Assembly (NCBI RefSeq): GCF_006345805.1
Contig: NC_043000.1
Location: 147,870,001 to 147,934,000, forward strand
Direction of reading: 5' to 3'
Length of the DNA stretch: 64,000 nt
DNA from: Octopus sinensis
Taxonomy: Eukaryota
Shown: piece by piece, positions 50,253 through 63,725 of the stretch
Layout: every line of letters starts with the position of its first letter
Position numbering within the stretch: position 1 is the first letter of the stretch
The notes under the pieces: generated by a model
Told to the model about the DNA's origin: nothing
The model's input: only the letters and a program-made list of their open reading frames with translations
Databases searched by the model: none
Translations under genes and position numbers: made by a program

Positions 50253-51072
50253 ACATTCTTCCAAAGTAGTTTTGAGAATTTCGACTTGGATGGTTTGAAA
50301 TGCAATTTCAAAAGAAGATAAAAGACCCCAGAAAATGCTAAGGCTGGTAGTGCAGAACAGCAATATCTGTAACTTTCTTCTGTAATGGCACACTTTGAAT
50401 ATTTTTTGTCCATGTACTTCATTTGTATATCATAACTTGCAGATAAAAATATCTCCATATATCCCCTTCATTTCCAACTACTCAATGACCCACAAAAATA
50501 TTAAATTTGTAAAATATTTACAAAAGATTCAGGGCCCACAGAAAACATCTCAGTTTGAATAAGAATTGTTATTAATATAGATATAAAGCCTGAAATTTTG
50601 AGGCAGTGTTTAGTCAATTAAATCAGCCCCAGTACTTGAAATAATAGTAATTTCAAATTTTGGCACAAGGTCAGCAATTTTGGAGAGGGGATAAGTCGAT
50701 TACATTGACCCCCAGTGTCTAATTGGTATTTATTTTACTGACTCCTAATTTAGGAACATAACCAGGAATTTGGGGGTGAGTGGATTAGTTGATTAAATCA
50801 GACCCAGTACTAGACTGATATAGTATTTTATTGACCCCAGAGAGATGAATGGCAAAGTTGAACCTGACAGGATTTGAACTCAGAATGCAAAGATGGACAA
50901 AAAGCTGCTAAGCATTTTGCCCAACATGCTAACGGTTCTGCTGGCTTGCTGCCTTATATAACAATGATAATAATTTTAAAATTTTGGTACAAGACCAGCA
51001 ATTTTAGGGAAATAGGGATATCAATTACATTAACCCCTGTGCTGATTGTTAAGAAGATTTTTCATATTCTCT

Positions 51073-51452
51073 TTACTCTTTTACTTGTTTCAGTCATTTG
51101 ACTGCGGCCATGCTGGAGCACTGCCTTTAATCGAGCAACTCGACCCCGGGACTTATTCTTTTGTAAGCCCAGTACTTATTTATCAGTCTCTTTTGCCGAA
51201 CTGCTAAGTAACGGGGACATAAACACAACAGCATCAGTTGTCAAGCAATGCTAGGGGGACAAACACACATATATATACATACATATATACGACAGGCTTC
51301 TTTCAGTTTCCGTCTACCAAATCCACTCACAAGGCTTTGGTTGGCCCGAGACTATAGTAGAAGACACTTGCCCAAGATGCCACGCAGTGGGACTGAACCC
51401 GGAACCATGTGGTTGGTAAGGAAGCTACTTACCACACAGCCACTCCTGCGCC
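51073..51452 (-). mobile_element. SINE family A, full length
   Basis: Aligns to family A. Confidence 0.9.
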
Positions 51453-51744
51453 TATATATAGTTTTTATTTTTAATTTAAATATAGGTTAGCAGTATTAAG
51501 TTCATTTTACAACCATGTCAATCCTACAGCACGATATTTTGGGCCAATATTTTCTACTATAGCCTTGCATTGACCTTTCAATGAACCCAGAGACTGCCGT
51601 GTGTGTATAACACAACTTTAGCAGGTAATAAATGAAAAACAATCTAAAACAATGTTACATGGTATGTGCCAGATTTTAACTTTTTCATTTCTCTTTTAGA
51701 TGTGGTGGCAACATTAGCATGGTAAGTTTCAATTTGATCCAATA

Positions 51745-52890
51745 AAGGCAAAGGTACACAGAGGTAGTGGCTGTCGCTACCAACCACAGTGATTTGGATT
51801 TTACCAGCTTCTTGAATATAGCCAGGTCTTTCATAATTTAAGTTAGAACAGAGCTGGAAGCTTCAGGTCAGCATGTATTATCTATGGTTAAGAGAGGGAT
51901 ATATTTTCATCAGTCAGACATTATTGGGATAGCAGAATTCATCCAACAGGTCTAGAATGTCAAAGGAGATAGTACCAACATATTGGTGAGGGCCATTGCT
52001 GAGCATCTCAAAATAGTGGAATCAGGGCTTTCTTGGCAGTATTATAAGCCCCCAGGCAAATCAAAGCATTGGACCCTATAGTATTTACTCTTTTATTTAT
52101 TTCAGTCATTTGACTGCGGCCATGCTGGAGCACCGCTTTTAGTCGAGCAAATCGACCCCGGGACTTATTCTTTGTAAGCCCAGTACTTATTCTATCGGTC
52201 TCTTTTGCCGAACTGCTAAGTGACGGGGACGTAAACACACCAGCATCAGTTGTCAAGCAATGCTAGGGGGACAAACACAGACACACAAACATATACACAC
52301 ACACTTTTATATACATACATATATACGACAGGCTTCTTTCAGTTTCCGTCTACCAAATCCACTCACAAGGCATTGGTCGGCCCGGGGCTATAGCAGAAGA
52401 CACTTGCCCAAGATGCCACGCAGTGGGACTGAACCCGGAACCATGTGGTTGGTTAGCAAGCTACTTACCACACAGCCACTCCTGCGCCTATTTATTTATT
52501 TATTTATTTATTGACAGAAAGTTGCAGCATAGACCAGAATTGGGTCTCTAGTCCCAGTGTGCCCATGTTTTAAGAGAGTACTGAATGGAGTCCACTACTA
52601 GATGTAATAAATAAGAGCATCAGGCACAGTACGTGTCTGACAAGATCCAGGAGAATAAAGTCACAATGTGAATTCTTGGCTATCCTGATTTGGGCCCTCA
52701 AGGCTACGGTGTTTCAAGTATTATTGGAGAGTAGACCAATCAGTTTCCCTAGTGCTAGGGACCTACTGGAAGTTGTTCTTATGGATGTGATGGACAGCAT
52801 GAATGAGAATCACCTGATTCTAGCATGTAACTGCTTCCATGGTCAAATCAGATCCATTATTAGAACAAGGGGCAATATTATTGAGTGACC
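51745..52890 (+). mobile_element. Decayed DD37D/maT-like transposase remnant split by a family A SINE
   Basis: N-terminal HTH-like VVAVATNHSDLDFTSFLNIARSFII*VRTELEASG..EFIQQV (from 51764); C-terminal LILACNCFHGQIRSIIRTRGNIIE* (to 52888), resembling the end of the 17703 ORF. Confidence 0.6.
52085..52488 (-). mobile_element. SINE family A, full length
   Basis: Aligns to family A. Confidence 0.9.
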
Positions 52891-52929
52891 TGTTTCGTGT
52901 ACAGTTTTTCTGAAAATACATTCTCTCTT

Positions 52930-53296
52930 TTACTCTTTACTCTTTTACTTGACTGCGGCCATGCTGGAGCACCACCTTTTAGTCGAGCAAATCGACCCCG
53001 GGACTTATTTTTTGTAAGCCCAGTACTTATTCTATCAGTCTCTTTTGCCGAACCGCTAAGTGACGGCAACGTAAACACATCAGCATCGGTTGTCAAGCAA
53101 TGCTAGGGGGACAAACACAGACACACAAACACACACATATATATATATACGACAGGCTTCTTTCAGTTTCCGTCTACCAAATCCACTCACATGGCTTTGG
53201 TCGGCTCGACGCTATGGTAGAAGACACTTGCCCAAGATGCCACGCAGAGGGACTGAACCCGGAACCATGTGGTTGGTTAGCAAGCTACTTACCACA
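52930..53296 (-). mobile_element. SINE family A, nearly full length
   Basis: Aligns to family A. Confidence 0.9.
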
Positions 53297-53923
53297 TATT
53301 TTATTTGATATCTTTGCTTTTCATTAAATTGTGTTTTGATCTCAAGTACTCAACATACACTGTGCGTGCATATAAACAAACTGAAATTGTGATCAGGGAA
53401 TGATCACGTCCCCTGATCACAACAGGGGATGAGCATGTCCTTTGTGTGTTTTCTCCGGTTTTCCATATGTTCTTTCGTCGTGCCATGTGACTAGTAAAAC
53501 TGAAATGGAATTGCTATAATTGACAAAATCCCTTGAAGAGTTTGACAAAGCATGACTAAAACAAGTAAATAACTTATAGAAGTCTTTCAGCAGTTCTTCA
53601 ACAGATCCATAAGTACTGAAAAGTTTCCACGGACAGACTTTCATGAATTCCGTTGTTTCAGCCTCCAGGGAGCTCACCGCTGCCTTGACTCCTTTCGGAT
53701 GTGGTTACTCAGGGTTAGCCTATCAATGATGAAAGGTGTTCCAATATGACCATCTCATCGTTTTTTCTATCAATGAAAACGTAACTTTCTAGTAGGCAGA
53801 CATTGCCAGTGAACTGAAGGAAAGCAAATCTCAATAATTTCCTAATTAGTTACTGTCATTTATAATGTAAACATTCATACAAAATACCAAATAAATTGAT
53901 ATTTATTTTATACATCATTTTAC

Positions 53924-54005
53924 CTGGTCACTGTATCGTGACATGTAGCTAGATAGGATTCGATTACTTTATCTGCTTGCAGTATCTCTAGCTTGAATAA
54001 ATCAT
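53924..54005 (-). CDS. Candidate second coding exon of an unidentified gene
   Basis: TATTTTCATACTAG| acceptor, CAG|GTAAAA donor; only the phase-1 frame is open (DLFKLEILQADKVIESYLATCHDTVT). Confidence 0.38.
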
Positions 54006-54612
54006 CTAGTATGAAAATACCTTAAACATTCACTGGTTTAAAACAGTACAAAGCCTTTCAATCGCATGCGAATGTACACTGGTTTCCTTAGACGCAATTT
54101 ACGTTGCTAAAATGGCTACACGGTTATCTAGTTGGATTGCCGCATTCTTATAGACTATATTCCAAATTTTTCCGCCTTCCAACTTCAAATAGTCTATTTA
54201 TTAGTGAAGCCTTAACAAAAGATCTTGCTTCTTCATATATTTAAAATGGTATCTTGAAAAATGATAGTAATTTGGTCCTTTCTAAATTCATGTTCGCGAA
54301 CTGGTGACGATATTCGCAAACTGGCTATGATACACATAAAACCATTATCTAACTAAATAATATATATATAACATTAATACTTCTTTTCACATCATAGACA
54401 TTAGAATATTCTTTGGAATATTAACCGTTATCAGAAATTCAATATGGCAAGAATAAATGGGTATAAAAAAAATAGGTAGAAATATTTTCCTGGCCGCACG
54501 ATTCCTTTATACAACATGCATATTATATACATGCACACATTACATTAGCAGCATGTTTTTCTTCCCTTAACACTCAATTATCCATATATAATTTACACAT
54601 ATTATCTATCTA

Positions 54613-54675
<63 letters not shown>

Positions 54676-54939
54676 CTTGTTAGAGAGAAAAAAGGTGCTC
54701 GTGTGAGTGCGTGTTAAATAGTATTCGGTCATGCCACAGGCTGCATACCATCGTAATATTCACTAATTCATTTCATTTTTTTTTTCTACAAAGCTAACAC
54801 ATGTTCGTTGTAAATAAGTTGTTAAAAATTACATCTAATACTTCCATGCAATAAGTGAGAAATCAACAAAAGTCCCACACGTACGCACAACGCATACGAA
54901 AGTGAAAATAGAACAAAAAAAATGACACCGTTACCTTAC

Positions 54940-54970
54940 GATGGGGGTTTTCTCCGGTTAGTGCCGACAT
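54940..54970 (-). CDS. Candidate first coding exon (MSALTGENPH) of an unidentified gene
   Basis: GCAAATGT start in CpG-rich DNA; C|GTAAGG donor (phase 1, matching 54005-53924) followed by a T-rich tract; alternative donor AAG|GTAACG 5 nt further. Confidence 0.38.
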
Positions 54971-55996
54971 TTGCTAGCCAATAATGAGATAGAAGGGGTT
55001 TATTCAACGTATTACGGCCTTTAAGTAACCTGCTACACTAGAAAGCCACTAAAACAGAGCCAACAAGCAGCGGTAAGAACTCCGCAACAGTGTGTCAACG
55101 AGACATGTGATAAACTGCCAGTCGATGTCGTGTTTCTCAACCCAACACTAACCCACCACTCCCTCATTTACTGTTTTCCCGTAAAATAAATAAATAAATA
55201 AATAAACAGCTATTCCAATCGACTGATTCTTGGTAGAATTGATTTCTTTTGTTTTCGTTGTTGCATATCTGCTTTCCTTTTCGTTTCCCTGCATAGAAAC
55301 ATCCTACAAGAATTAGTTCGGCATCGGCACCTACAGCTGTTATTTATTTATTTATTTATCCCATGTATAGGCTAAATGTGTAATAACCACTGTCATCGAT
55401 ACATCGGAACGAAATGCTTACGTAGAATTTCTTTGACTCTTGGGAATGCTGCTGCCTCTAAATAAAAACGGGAAACACTGAGTCATATGTAAATTGAATC
55501 AAGTAGTGGAATAATGAGGCATGCTGTGTTCATTGAATCTATCGGAGGAGATTCATATATACACAAGTTCTGTAGGTATATTTTAAACACGATGCACATT
55601 ACTTCGATCAAGAAAGAATATGAGCAAGAAATAGCTACAGGCGGGAATTGCAACTGAAATACCGACACGAATCGTTGGGCACAGATTTCTAAAAGTTCGA
55701 TCCCACACCTATATAATGTTTTTTTTGCATAGGCTTGAAAAGCTGAATTTATAAGAGAGATTTATAATATCCATAATGAGTCTTTTTTATTTTGTGTGGT
55801 GAAGGGATGTTATCGATAGATTCGGTCACCATAGTAGATGACCGGTCACAGAAAGGAGGAAGAAATTCGATTCCAGTGAGATTGGAACGCAGAACAAAGC
55901 AGGTTGGAAATTATTTAGAAGGGCAAACTATTGATTATTTCTGACTAATAACTCCGCTGATTCAGAGATAGATGTAAATATATGTATCCAAGCCTG

Positions 55997-56045
<49 letters not shown>

Positions 56046-57742
56046 TTTCAAACTACATAGAGTGATCTTGTTTAACCAATTTTATCAACACTACACTGAA
56101 CTCCGTAGAAACATGTCAATATTAGAGGGAGAAAGGATTTAGAGAAAGAGCGACATAGTCAAAAAGAGAGACACAAGAAGAATGGAAAGAAGAAATAGCG
56201 CGAATGATAAGATTAATATGAAAAATACTTGAGAGAATGTGAAAAGGAAGAGAAAGTGATAGCAAAAGATAAGAGGGTGGGGTAGAATTTAGTGATGAGG
56301 CTTTTTTATTTATTTATATAATTATTTATGGTCACCTGATGTCGCAAATCTGGCATTATATATGTACTGACTCGCCCTACAAGAGAAATATACTGATTTA
56401 TGTAGACAAACATAGAAGGGTAGAAGGAAGAACAGATATAAAAATAAAGATAGGAAGTGATGCAGATACACATAGAATCTAACAGGCAGGCGGAAAGACG
56501 AACTGACAGGCGAAAGATTAAAACAGAAACATACTTGTAGAAAGGCGATGAAGAGACAGTGAGACTGTCAGACATACACCGGCAATCAATCAGATAATAC
56601 AGACAACAGCAGTAAAGGTAATGCAATATGTTATGGTGGTAGTAGTGTTGGTATCGGTGATGGTGTAGCACGATGCTGAGGTTAGCTGCGATGGTGATAT
56701 TGTGATAAAATCAATGGAAGCAACATTTCATAACTTTATTGCAGTTTACACACGTTAGAAAAAAAAGAAAACAAACGTATATATACGCCAACGGGGAAGC
56801 ATCTACGTAGTCACTCTCTCGGTTAGAAAAAGCAGCCAAATTGCCCTTAAACTACAATCTATCATCTTGAAGAGAGGAACACGTTGGATAAGGTAGTCTT
56901 CGATACGCAATGGCTCGAGCAGATAGTCATGGTTGGAATGTATTTGATCATAATTCTACTCAGCTCTGGGTTAACAAGGAGCAGAACACACACACAATTA
57001 CATACTATAAACGCATACATTTAATCTGTGAGATTAAATCAACTTATATATATTATTTTTGTTATTTTTATGTCAGAAATTAGGCCGTCGGGACAGCTGT
57101 AATGATGACGATGATGATGATGATGCGCTTCGTGGTAGTGGAGTCAGATATATTTTTGGAAAGTTACAACAAAGATTCTGATTTGAAAACAGGAAGCAAA
57201 GTAAAGATTCTGATTGATCCAATTAAATCAATCCCTAGTATTATTCATCGATTTCTTTCTTCCTGCCACGCTTAGTCATTTCGCAGCGGAAATTACTTTT
57301 CAGAAAATAAAGTAGTAAAGAACTTTGGATTTAGTAAAAATGCATCCAGTCGGGCTTTTTCGGCAACCTGTGGGAGTCTATGCGATCGTTCAATTTGCTG
57401 GAAACAACTACTAAATCTCCTTTGAATCATATTCTACCGTTTTAGAAAAAGACGGCCACTTTGAATAATGTAGTTCTTAGACGTGATGAGCATAAGTGGA
57501 AAGTCTACCTGGGGTCAAAACACCAACAACATCTTAAATGTACAAATACATTCATACATTTGAAAAGCCGCTTTAACAGCATTATAGGCCCTAAACAGCT
57601 AGTCACGACTCATAGATAAAATTATTTGGGGTGCTGCTTCAGAAAATTTTTAGCCGTTGCTTTAATATTGTGCAAAAGGAAAACAAACATATAAAAAGAA
57701 TATTATACATAAACTCGATGGGTTTGCGTTTTAGCCACTTCT

Positions 57743-57957
57743 ATTTCTTTACTACCCACAAGGGGACAAACAAGGACAGACAAATGGATTAAGTCGATTA
57801 CATCAACCCCAGTGCGTAACTGGTACTTAATTTATCGACCCCGAAAGGATGAAAAGCAAAGTGGACCTCGGCGGAATTTGAACTCAGAACGTAACGGCAG
57901 ACGAAATACCGGTAAGCATTTCGCCCGGTGTGCTAACGTTTCTACTAGCTCACCGCC
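57743..57957 (-). mobile_element. SINE family B
   Basis: Aligns to family B; CpGs largely retained. Confidence 0.88.
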
Positions 57958-58756
57958 TTTGTTCACTGAATACCGCCGCGAATTCACCCTTGATTTTCAA
58001 AAATTCACCTTCAATCATAAAATAAGTGGGGAGGGAAATCTGTTCTATTTTTCAAATCCTGGCAGCAACAATGAAGCTGAAAGCAGGATAATAATCTAAT
58101 TCTACACTTTATCACATTCAAGAATATCAACACGTTTTTAAGCACAACACACATGGAGTCAAAAAAGAAACACTACCTTTCACCGACACTGCGTGAACGA
58201 CAGTGCTCTCTCTCCCTAGCGTGAAGCTTCCTATCTCGGACATGTAAGCATGCGCACACAGCCAAACACTGCGTCGCTGAAACTGTGAAACACCCAGTTC
58301 TATACAAGGATTTTTGTATTTTTTTTCATAAACTAGGGGATGGTTATTGGCATTAAGCTTAAGGATTATATAATGTACAAGTATAAAGAAAGAATTTTTA
58401 AAAAAAGGACTCATAATATTGAATGCTATCGATAATAGCGAGTGGAAATAGGGGGCGCTGCAGTTCCGCAGTGCCTATATACGAGCTGTCCGGTGAGCCC
58501 ATATCTTAAGATGACACTGTACACATGCATATGTACGTTTCTGATAAATGGTAACCCATATTTCCGGAGTTAATAATGTAAAGTGGAGGAGGGCCGGAAA
58601 TATACGCATCACTTGAAGAATCGTCACATCTGCCCACGATGAATAAAATTTGTACAATTAGGATAATATTAATAGATTTCTTCGTACAATGTATTTTTAC
58701 TGTGAGAGTTCAAAGGGGGAAAAAAATTATCGGAAACTGAAAGAAGCCCGTCGTGA

Positions 58757-58959
58757 CCGCGTGTATACCGTTGGCGATTTTTTTCCCTCCGTCTTCCCTT
58801 CTCTGGATCTTTCCTTTTCCTATGCTTCTGACGAAGAGCTCCGCTCGAAACGGAAAACCCTCCTTCTTCCCTTACTTCCTGAGCGTCCAATAATACTATA
58901 TTTGTTCCACGTCCTCGCGTTGTTGTGTTTTCTCTTTGTGTTTTCATGTTTGGATTAAC

Positions 58960-58960
<1 letters not shown>
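58757..58960 (+). mobile_element. PLE-type terminal repeat family P2, inserted in a family A SINE (hammerhead-like motif 58824-58858)
   Basis: GCTT-CTGACGA-A-GAGC(TCC)GCTC-GAAA-CGGA-AAAC; SINE A sequence on the left (58733-53) resumes after the TA array (59385-59580). Confidence 0.65.
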
Positions 58961-59390
<430 letters not shown>

Positions 59391-59624
59391 GCGCGAGGGT
59401 CTGTGTGTCTGTATCCCTCACCACTGCTTGACAATCGGTGGTGGTGTGTTTACATCCCCGTAACTTAGCGGTTCGGCAACAAACTGGTAAAATAGGGACG
59501 GGTCGATTCGTTCGACTAAAATGCTTCAAGGTAGTACTCCAGCATGGCCACAGTCTAATGAGCGAAACAAGTAAAAAACAACAAAAGAATAAGTCCATGT
59601 GTTCCAAATTTAACTAAAACTTAT

Positions 59625-59950
59625 CCTTCCCTTACTTACTTCGTCACTAGACCGCAGCCACGCTGGAGCGTCAAATTGACCTCAGTTCTTTTTTTTAAAG
59701 TTTGATACTTATTCTGTCGGTGTTTTTTGTCGAACCGCTAGTTATTGGGGCGTAAAGAAACCAATACCGGTTGTCAAGTGATGGAGGAGGAGAAAGACAC
59801 AGACACATACATACAGACACACATATACATACGACGGGATTCATTTCATTTTCTGTCTATCATATCCACTCACAAGTCTCAGGGCTAAAGTACAAAACAC
59901 CGAAGGTACCATGCAATACCATTGAACCCGAATCTTCTTACTAAGTAGCC
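59625..59950 (-). mobile_element. SINE family A, old diverged copy
   Basis: Recognisable tail and body; tail-to-tail with 59385-59580. Confidence 0.7.
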
Positions 59951-59978
59951 ATGTCCGCTAATGATAATATAAATGAGT

Positions 59979-60146
59979 GAGGCGGCGAGCTGGCAGAAAC
60001 GATAGCACGCCGGGCGAAATGCTTAGCGGTTTTGAGTTAAATTCCGCCGAGGTCGACTTTGCCTTTCATCCTTTCGGAGTCGATAAATTAAATACCCGTA
60101 ACGCACTGGGGTCGATGTAATCGACTTAATCGCTTTGTCTGTCCAA
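59979..60146 (+). mobile_element. SINE family B with internal ~20-nt deletion
   Basis: Head GAGGCGGCGAGCTGGCAGAA; body aligns to family B. Confidence 0.85.
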
Positions 60147-61881
60147 TAAATCTAAATTCAGATCGAGGTTAGCTTTGCATTTCTATATGGATGAACCAAA
60201 CACTTTAAAATCTAACGACCCAGTTCGCTTCGATGCCACAACTATAGTTCATCATTTTATGAATCAACAACTCTGTTTTGGGAATATCTTGGACTTTGCA
60301 ATCCTATAGGTTATAGGCAGAGTCGAATCTAGATGAAGTAGGGCTCTAGGTTATTTCACCTGTCAGGTCCCTCCCAATCCCTACCCTCACAACTAGAATT
60401 ATATTATACGCCTTGGCCAGAATACTCTGACTTTTGTCAGCTGGCCAAACTTAGAGGTAAACTTGCCATTGGTTAAATGACACACTGTGATAAATCCCAA
60501 GCATTGTTGACGATATAGAAGTGAAGTAAGTTCTCAACGGGCAGAGAGTTCGAATTGGTTCCCATCTTATTTTACTTAAATCTCTGTTTAACCTCAAACC
60601 CGTCTTGATCAAGCAGACCTATGGTCAAAAGCACTCCAATCGTGACTATCTGGTGTTTGTTTTCAATACATATTATATTTAGGATTATGTCGTTACTATA
60701 TTGTTCAACGTACTTTTTCTTTGAAGACAGTGATTTAGAAGAGATCTTACTGCTATTTCCTGTAGGTCTAGCGACCACGTAGAGCTTCTACACTGGCTCG
60801 TTGATATCGCTGATGTTCTTTAGAAAGGTACGAACATCACATAATCTTATTTCCTATACACTGCACTTCTAAACCCTTGTATTAATGTAACTAATCGATA
60901 ATGCTATTAGAAATTGCTCAGCTGATAATAAAAAACATAAAAGAACGCGAACAAAAACAGGTTCTTCGAACTGGCTTAGTACAAAAGTACCCACTACAAG
61001 CTGTACGGCTAGTACCAAACAAGTTACGGAACCAACCTTCACATCACTGTTTCCTCCCCCATGTGACAACCGTTTATGAAAAAGCTCTTTCATCAAGAAT
61101 TTTAGACACTGGCTAAATTTCAATATAAATCGATCAATTATTAATATATTGTTTTTTAATTAACTGTTTAATATTGTATATTGTTTTCAATCAACGTCAC
61201 AAATATCACTGCTGCTCTCTAAACACCGCAATCGTCTCCTCACTATCATCATCATCGTTGTCGCCACGACCAACCACAACAACAATGATCGCGAAGACGA
61301 CCGTTGTCGCTTCTATAAGCGAGCATTACAATAGCCGGCAATGTCTCTTTGACAACACCAATCATGCAGTCACGTTGCTAACACTATAGCTACCATTCAT
61401 AACGCGCACGTTCTCTCTGTCTGTCTGTCTCTCTCTCACACACACATACGTACATACAAGCCGTTTGTTTGTCGATGGATCTAGATGGAATAGATCCCTG
61501 TTAGAAACAGCAGACAAACCTCCTTCGAACTACACTTTATCATCTTAAATAAAGGACACGGATGAATGTACTCCTAAACACAGTCTTAAAATGACGGGAT
61601 GTTCACGATTGGATGGCTTTTGTTAGTCTTGTTAAGCAAGTAGAACATTCTTTGGTGATGAAGTGTATAAGACCGAAGCGTATAATTTGCTTTCTCCAGT
61701 TGTGTTCCACCTAGGGCCAGTGCTTTGCAGTAGGGCTTTTCTCGCGCGACGTACATGGCATTCAGAGAAATACAAATTATGAAATATCTAAGCTGTAAGT
61801 CTTGAACATTTACGAGAATTATATTGATTAATTTTTCGTAGTAAAATTTGACTACCCAGGCAAGTATTAAACAAAATATTT

Positions 61882-62471
61882 GGATCTTTTCCTTTTGAAC
61901 GGCAGTTTTCAACACAATTTCTAGTTAACTAAACACATTTAAACTTCGTATACTGGTAGAATGTGTCAAATTAAAACATTTTTTCCTCTTGGCTTTCTTG
62001 AGAAAATTGTAATTTGTAAGTTTAACGTAGTTTAATTTTTCGAATTTTAACCAGTCGATGACCTCTATTGAGCTAAAATCATTTGCTGCGTCTAAAACTG
62101 AGACAACATCCTGTCACTAACCCTAACCCTAAATTTTAGTCTTTCGTTTTTTTTTCTTAATTGTTAAATTAAATTTAAGGATAACAATTAAGAAAAAAAA
62201 CGAGAGGCTAAAATTTAGGGTTAGGGTTAGTGTTATTGACACGGTGGTGTCTCAGTTTTAGACACAACAAATGATTTTAGCTCAATAGAGGCTATCGACT
62301 GGTTAAAATTCGAAAAATTAAACTACGTTAAACTTACAAATTACAATTTTCTCAAGAAAGCCAAGAGAAAAAAATATTTTATTTTGACACATTCTACCAG
62401 TGTACGAAGTTTAAAAGTGTTTAGTTAACTAGAAATTGTGTTGAAAACTGCCGTACAAAAGGAACAGATCC
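61882..62471. mobile_element. 590-bp fold-back element (same family as 36898-37302)
   Basis: Arms 61882-62166 and 62182-62471, 15-nt spacer, termini GGATCTTTTCC / GGAACAGATCC, 8-bp TSD AAATATTT, CCCTAA/TTAGGG repeats in each arm. Confidence 0.88.
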
Positions 62472-63337
62472 AAATATTTTTTCACCGGAAATGTATTTTC
62501 AAGTTTTTAAAGAGGATCCAAAAAGTGTGACGTATGTGACATCGCACAAAATAACTTTTTTTTATCACCTGAAAAATATTAACTGCTAATTCTTCTAAAT
62601 TTCTCCAGAGGAGCATAAAAAGTCTCATGGTGTCTATTTGCATTGGCCTTGTAATTTCAAAAACTGCTAATTGAATTTGCTGGACAACAATGTCTGCTGT
62701 CACAATTCTCATTTACCTGGTGTGACCTGTGTAACAAAAATGGATGTGACGTTTTCAAGGAAGAACTGGTCCCATTATCGATATCTAGTGGAAAATTAAC
62801 CACTTCAACCACTAACCATTATAGGATTATGATGATTTTTTTTGAGCATTCTTAAAATTTTTGAAAACCTGATTTGGTTTAACTTTTTTTTTACTATGGA
62901 AAGCAGATATATCCATTCAGAATTCCGTTACCCTTAATTGCGAAAGCAGTTTTATATACCAATCTATCTTTTGAGGAATATCATGATTGAAATTATTTAC
63001 TGTAGAAATATGCCGAGTTTATTGAGCCAACGTGACTTATAGAAAATACCAAATCTGTTTTTTTTTGGTCGGTATTTAACATCATTACTAATATGAAATT
63101 TAATTTCGCAGTGAAAAGGTTAACTTTCATGAGAATAGCTCTGTAAAGCTGGGCGATCGCACGGGGCGCTAAAATCAGGCGGGAGTGTCACAGATAGCTT
63201 ATACATCCAATTAAAAACACGGATATTTCGTAATAAAGATATCAGGTGAAGTCATTCCCGGAACAAAGAAGAATGAAAGAAGATGTGGGTGGACTCATGT
63301 GATCTATGACCAATCAGCTGATTTGGCATGTTTCGTG

Positions 63338-63725
63338 TGGTTAAGAAGCTCGACTTGAGCCATGTGATTTCGGGTTCAATCTCACCGCACAGCACTTTGG
63401 GTCAAATTCATTTACAAGGTATTGGTCGACCCGGGAGTGTAGTAGAGAATTTCTACTATACTCCCGGGTCGACCAATACCTTGTAAATGAATTTGGCAGA
63501 CGGAAACTGCGTGGAAGCCCGTTGTACACACGCACACACATATGTGTGTATTTGTCCCCATTCCACCTGACAAACGGTAGTAGTTTATGACCCCGTAATA
63601 CAGCGCTTCGGTAAAAGAGATCGATAAAATAAGTTCCAGACTTTAAAAATAGGTATAGGGATCGATGTGCTCAACTAAACATACTATATAGTGCTTCAGC
63701 ATGGCCTCGGTTCAATCGTGGAAAC
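63338..63725 (+). mobile_element. Old SINE family A copy containing a 44-bp-arm hairpin
   Basis: SINE A head, body and tail recognisable; 63403-63446 pairs with 63452-63495. Confidence 0.8.

Noticed and set aside
50213-50480. Non-repetitive minus-strand open frames (81 aa, plus about 60 aa in another frame)
   Set aside because: No recognisable motif and no convincing splice sites; the ORF end runs into a family C element.
51700-51721. 22-nt plus-strand micro-exon with strong sites (TTTCTCTTTTAG| .. ATG|GTAAGT)
   Set aside because: It lies at the 5' edge of the decayed maT remnant, and no partner plus-strand exons were found. It remains at most an exonisation candidate.
53387-53422. UGA within a stem-loop as a selenocysteine or readthrough signal
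   Set aside because: No SECIS features (AUGA/GA quartet, apical AA) were seen, and a second in-frame UGA follows seven codons later.
60869-61123. Overlapping 71-84-aa ORFs on both strands
   Set aside because: Only a vague resemblance to a LINE C-terminus; insufficient to call.
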